A stretch of DNA of 64,000 nt, taken from Candidatus Marinacidobacterales bacterium (lineage in GTDB: Bacteria; Acidobacteriota; Vicinamibacteria; Marinacidobacterales; SMYC01). The stretch is from assembly GCA_965237955.1 (NCBI GenBank), contig OZ250169.1, forward strand, positions 6,464,001 to 6,528,000. Reading direction: 5' to 3'. Shown here piece after piece: positions 60,286-64,000 of the stretch (position 1 is the stretch's first letter; each line of letters starts with the position of its first letter). The notes under the pieces were generated by a model that had not been told where the DNA came from, searched no databases, and saw only the letters and a list, made by a program, of their open reading frames with translations. Position numbers and translations under genes: made by a program.

Positions 60286-63200
60286 TCACGAAAGGAAATC
60301 GTGCCACGCAGTAGCCGCAGCTCTGGCCCCTTTCCTCCATCTGAGTGCCTCGACGAGGGCGCGCGCTAGCTGCAAATCCGTCACCAGCGGAATGCCGTTG
60401 TCCACCGCACTCCGACGGATCAGGTATCCATCTGGGCGGCCGAGCTCGTCGAACTCCACAGGGACGTTGATGACGAGGTCGACTCTGCCCTTCTCGATCA
60501 ACGCAAGTGCACTGCTCTCGCTCCCCTCGGTTTTCTCGACGGTGACGCAATCGACTCCAACCTTCGCTAGCGCTTCGGCTGTGCCTGCGGTGGCATAGAT
60601 CGGCAACTCGAGCTCCTCGGCGATGACTTTGGCTTCGTCAGCGAACCAGTATTTGTCGGCTACCGGGCCGAGAGATAGGAGAACGCCTTTTTGGGGAGGT
60701 CGGAATCCAGTGGCCGTGAGCGCGTGCAGGAGCGCTTCGTGCAGGTCCTCGCCGAGACAACCTACCTCTCCCGTGCTGGCCATCTCTACACCGAGCATCG
60801 GGTCGGCGCCGACGAGGCGGGAGAATGAGAACATCGGCGCCTTGACGCCGACGTAGTCGAGGTCGAGGCTTCGGTTCACGACGTCTCGCTGGATCCCCAG
60901 CATGCGCCGCGTCGCCTCGGCGGCGTAGTTTTGTCCGGTGACTTTGGAGACGAAGGGAAAGCTCCTCGACGCCCGCAAATTGCACTCGATGACTTTGACA
61001 GCGTTGTGTTTGGCGAGAAACTGCATGTTGAACGGGCCTGTGATTTCCAGAGCCCGGGCCACCTGGCTTGCGATTTTCCTCACGCGACGGATGGTCGCGA
61101 TGTAGAGCGTCTGCGGAGGCAGTACCAGCGTCGCGTCACCGCTGTGGACGCCGGCGTCTTCGATGTGCTCGCTGATGGCCCAGAGCACGAGCTCTCCCCT
61201 GTCGGCGACGGCATCGACTTCGACTTCGCGTGCGTGGGTCTCGAATTTCGAGACGACCACCGGATGATCCTGCGATACACGTTTGGCCTTGGCGAGGATG
61301 CGACGGAGCTCGTTCGGCTCGTGGGCCACGCTCATGGCAGCGCCGCTGAGAACGTAGCTCGGTCGCACGAGTACCGGAAACCCTCCGAGTCTCTCGACGA
61401 TGTCGTCGACTTGAGTCACGTCGGTGACGTGGGCCCACTGCGGCTGGTCGATCTCGAGCTCGTCCAGGAGTGCGCTGAACTTTTGGCGATCTTCCGCTTT
61501 GTCGATGTTGGTGGGGTGAGTGCCGATAATGGGCGCGCCGGCTTCGTGTAAGCGCATGGCGAGGTTGTTCGGAACCTGACCTCCCATGCTGACGATGATG
61601 CCGTCGGGTTTTTCGGTGTCGACGATGTCGAGAACGGTTTCCAAGCTGATCTCGTCGAAGATGAGCTTGTCACACACGTCGTAGTCGGTGCTCACCGTTT
61701 CCGGGTTGTAGTTGAGCATGATCGTCTCGTACCCGGCAGCGGCGGCGGCCTCGACCGCGTTCACCGCGCACCAGTCGAACTCGACGCTCGAACCGATCCG
61801 GTAGACGCCGGAGCCGAGCACCATGATCTTCTTGCGGTCCGACGGCGCGACGTCGCTCGCGTGCGCGTGATACGTGGAGTAGAGATAGTTGGTCTCGGCA
61901 GGAAACTCGGCGGCCATGGTGTCGATCTGCGCCAAGTGACGACGTATTCCGTGCTTCCGCCTCGCGGCACGGGTCGTTCCGCGACTCTCGCCGCGAAGCT
62001 CATCGATGCCCGCGTCGGAGAAGCCTAGCTTCTTCGCCGAGCGGAGCGCTTCCGGCACGAGCTCCTTCGCTCGAGAGAGGTCTTCGTACATCGACACGAT
62101 CGGCTGGATCGAGCTCAGGAACCACGGGTCGATATGGGTGAGCTCGTGGATCGCTTCGACCGTCATCCCCTCGCGGAGTGCCGCCGCAACCGCAAAGATT
62201 CGGCGCGGCGTGGCGAGCCTGAGCTCGGTCTCCAGATCGTCGAACTCGAAGGCACTCGGGTCCAAGCCTCTGACACCGATATCGAGCATCCGCAGTGCCT
62301 TTTGGATGACTTCGGGAAATGTCCGGCCGATCGCCATGACCTCGCCCACGCTTTTCATCTCGCTACCGATACGCTCGACGGCGCCGCGGAACTTCCCGAG
62401 GTCCCACCGCGGCACTTTGCAAACGATGTAGTCGAGAGACGGCTCGAAAAACACCGTTGTACGACGGGTGATGCCGTTCGGGATTTCCGGCAGCGCGTAG
62501 CCGATCGCGAGTTTTGCGGCGACGTACGCCAGTGGGTAGCCGGTGGCTTTGCTCGCGAGCGCACTCGATCGGGACAAGCGCGCGTTGACTTCGATGACGC
62601 GATAATCATTGCTCTTGGGGTCGAGCGCGAACTGGACGTTGCACTCGCCGACGATACCGAGGTGGCGCACGATGCTGAGCGAGATCGTTCGCAGGAGCTG
62701 ATACTCCTCGTCGTTCAGGGTCTGCGAAGGTGCCACGACGATGGACTCGCCAGTGTGTATCCCCATCGGGTCGAGGTTTTCCATGTTGCAGACGGTGACG
62801 CAGTTGTCGCGCGCGTCGCGAACGACTTCGTACTCGATCTCTTTCCAGCCACGCAGGTACTCTTCGACGAGGACCTGACTCATTCCTCCCGAAAATGCTC
62901 GCTGCAGCGCATCGTCGAGCGCGTCTTCGCTTTCGACGACACTGCTTCCCTTGCCGCCCAACGCGTAGGCGCCGCGCAGCATGACCGGGAGACCAATTTC
63001 CATTGCGGCCTCGCGCGCCTCATCGGGGTTCGCGCACGCGCGGCTGGTTGCGACTTTGACGTCGATCTCACCCAAGCGTTCGTTGAAGCTTTGCCGGTCC
63101 TCGGAGTCCTCGATCGCCTGAATCGGGGGGCCTAGAACACGGAGGCCCAACTCATCCAAAACGCCGCTGCGATGAAGCTCCAGCCCGCAATTCAGCGCGG

Positions 63201-63489
63201 TCTGCCCGCCGAACGACAACAAGATGGAATCGGCGTCTTCTTTCTTCGCGACTTCCGACACGATCTCGGGCGTCACTGCGTGAAGGTAGATGCGATCCGC
63301 CAACCCTTCGCTGGTTTGCACGGTAGCGATGTTGGGGTTGACGAGAATCGTGCGAATCCCCTCTTCGCGCAGCGCCTTGATCGCTTGCGAGCCGGAGTAG
63401 TCGAACTCGCCGGCCTGACCGATCTGGAGTGCGCCGGAGCCCAGGACTAGAACGCGTCGTGGTTTTTTCGGAAGATAGATGCCGTGCAC
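60286..63489 (-). CDS. carB: Carbamoyl-phosphate synthase large subunit
   Basis: 'LGSGALQIGQAGEFDYSGSQA', two ATP-grasp repeats, MGS domain. Confidence 0.97.
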   Translation of the reverse strand: MHGIYLPKKPRRVLVLGSGALQIGQAGEFDYSGSQAIKALREEGIRTILVNPNIATVQTSEGLADRIYLHAVTPEIVSEVAKKEDADSILLSFGGQTALNCGLELHRSGVLDELGLRVLGPPIQAIEDSEDRQSFNERLGEIDVKVATSRACANPDEAREAAMEIGLPVMLRGAYALGGKGSSVVESEDALDDALQRAFSGGMSQVLVEEYLRGWKEIEYEVVRDARDNCVTVCNMENLDPMGIHTGESIVVAPSQTLNDEEYQLLRTISLSIVRHLGIVGECNVQFALDPKSNDYRVIEVNARLSRSSALASKATGYPLAYVAAKLAIGYALPEIPNGITRRTTVFFEPSLDYIVCKVPRWDLGKFRGAVERIGSEMKSVGEVMAIGRTFPEVIQKALRMLDIGVRGLDPSAFEFDDLETELRLATPRRIFAVAAALREGMTVEAIHELTHIDPWFLSSIQPIVSMYEDLSRAKELVPEALRSAKKLGFSDAGIDELRGESRGTTRAARRKHGIRRHLAQIDTMAAEFPAETNYLYSTYHAHASDVAPSDRKKIMVLGSGVYRIGSSVEFDWCAVNAVEAAAAAGYETIMLNYNPETVSTDYDVCDKLIFDEISLETVLDIVDTEKPDGIIVSMGGQVPNNLAMRLHEAGAPIIGTHPTNIDKAEDRQKFSALLDELEIDQPQWAHVTDVTQVDDIVERLGGFPVLVRPSYVLSGAAMSVAHEPNELRRILAKAKRVSQDHPVVVSKFETHAREVEVDAVADRGELVLWAISEHIEDAGVHSGDATLVLPPQTLYIATIRRVRKIASQVARALEITGPFNMQFLAKHNAVKVIECNLRASRSFPFVSKVTGQNYAAEATRRMLGIQRDVVNRSLDLDYVGVKAPMFSFSRLVGADPMLGVEMASTGEVGCLGEDLHEALLHALTATGFRPPQKGVLLSLGPVADKYWFADEAKVIAEELELPIYATAGTAEALAKVGVDCVTVEKTEGSESSALALIEKGRVDLVINVPVEFDELGRPDGYLIRRSAVDNGIPLVTDLQLARALVEALRWRKGARAAATAWHDFLS

Positions 63490-63499
63490 GTTACATTAC

Positions 63500-64000
63500 T
63501 CACAGGGCTCCGACGAGGCGGAGAAAGTCGTCGAACAAGAATCCGGTGTCCTGGGGACCGGGACTCGCTTCGGGATGAAACTGAACGCCGAAGTGAGGCT
63601 TGTGGCGCGAACGTATGCCTTCGTTGGTTCCGTCGTTGATGTTGACGAACCACGGCTCCCAATCGCCCTCGAGGGACGACGCGTCGACCGCGTAGCCATG
63701 GTTCTGGCTGGTGATGTAGGAACGGCGGGTCATCAAGTCTTGAACGGGCTGGTTCACGCCGCGGTGTCCGTACGGCAGCTTGAACGTCTTGCCCCGAGCG
63801 GCGAGCGCCAGAATTTGGTTGCCGAGGCAGATGCCGAAGATCGGCTTGCGGTATGACGAAAGCAAGCCTCGCAGTTGATCGACAAGCGCTCCGAGGTCGC
63901 TCGGGTCGCCCGGGCCGTTCCCAACGATAACGCCGTCCGCCGCTTCGGCTTCCTTCGCAAGGTCGGCGTGCCACGGCACTCTGCGAACGCTCGCCCCGCG
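63500..64000 (-). CDS. carA: Carbamoyl-phosphate synthase small subunit (5' part outside the window)
   Basis: 'NGPGDP', 'GICLG', 'SQNHGYAVD', 'VQFHPEASPGP'. Confidence 0.95.
   Translation of the reverse strand, partial: RGASVRRVPWHADLAKEAEAADGVIVGNGPGDPSDLGALVDQLRGLLSSYRKPIFGICLGNQILALAARGKTFKLPYGHRGVNQPVQDLMTRRSYITSQNHGYAVDASSLEGDWEPWFVNINDGTNEGIRSRHKPHFGVQFHPEASPGPQDTGFLFDDFLRLVGAL

Noticed and set aside
1-64000. CRISPR array, tRNA, rRNA or known riboswitch
   Set aside because: No regularly spaced direct repeats, cloverleaf or recognisable RNA-family motifs seen by eye; Infernal and tRNAscan were not run.
11000-64000. Strong TCGA/CTCGAG richness as a signal
   Set aside because: Pervasive in core genes and explained by codon usage (CTC GAG, GTC GAC, ATC GAC); a lineage signature rather than a local element.

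Overview
High-GC bacterial chromosome segment. The gene content (Oar-type TonB receptor remnant, M14/M19 peptidases, 'QSLGEIAKKEKERR' secreted protein) resembles Acidobacteriota/Vicinamibacteria, but this is inference only. 1-19.8 kb is a dense field of nested, partly eroded insertion sequences (IS21, IS630, IS256, IS5, IS481, IS1182, IS3) interleaved with cargo genes: a CarF/TMEM189-type lipid desaturase, a lower-GC NAD-binding protein, a sorbosone-type dehydrogenase, kptA, a methyltransferase and a fused MFS/spermidine synthase. 19.8-30.7 kb is mostly ordinary genes (cupin, VOC, STAS, dipeptidase, rpmB, Kir channel, M14 peptidase, SLC13 permease). 30.7-60.3 kb is an exosortase A/PEP-CTERM exopolysaccharide locus that is visibly decaying: ISL3 in xrtA, IS630 plus a nonsense codon in the CoA-ligase-family gene, further stops, frameshifts and a deletion. 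carB and a partial carA close the window. I saw no CRISPR array, tRNA or rRNA, and I could not support a wholly new multi-gene system. The best leads are (i) a CarF homologue carrying the extra 'TRH' histidine linked to plasmalogen synthesis, (ii) a template-switch event that excised and inverted exactly the Walker B codons of istB, (iii) an IS1182 that appears to carry an AbrB-like gene inside its left end, (iv) several fold-back non-coding elements, and (v) genes collapsed into N-/C-terminal fusions by deletions. All family calls come from motif recognition by eye, not database searches.
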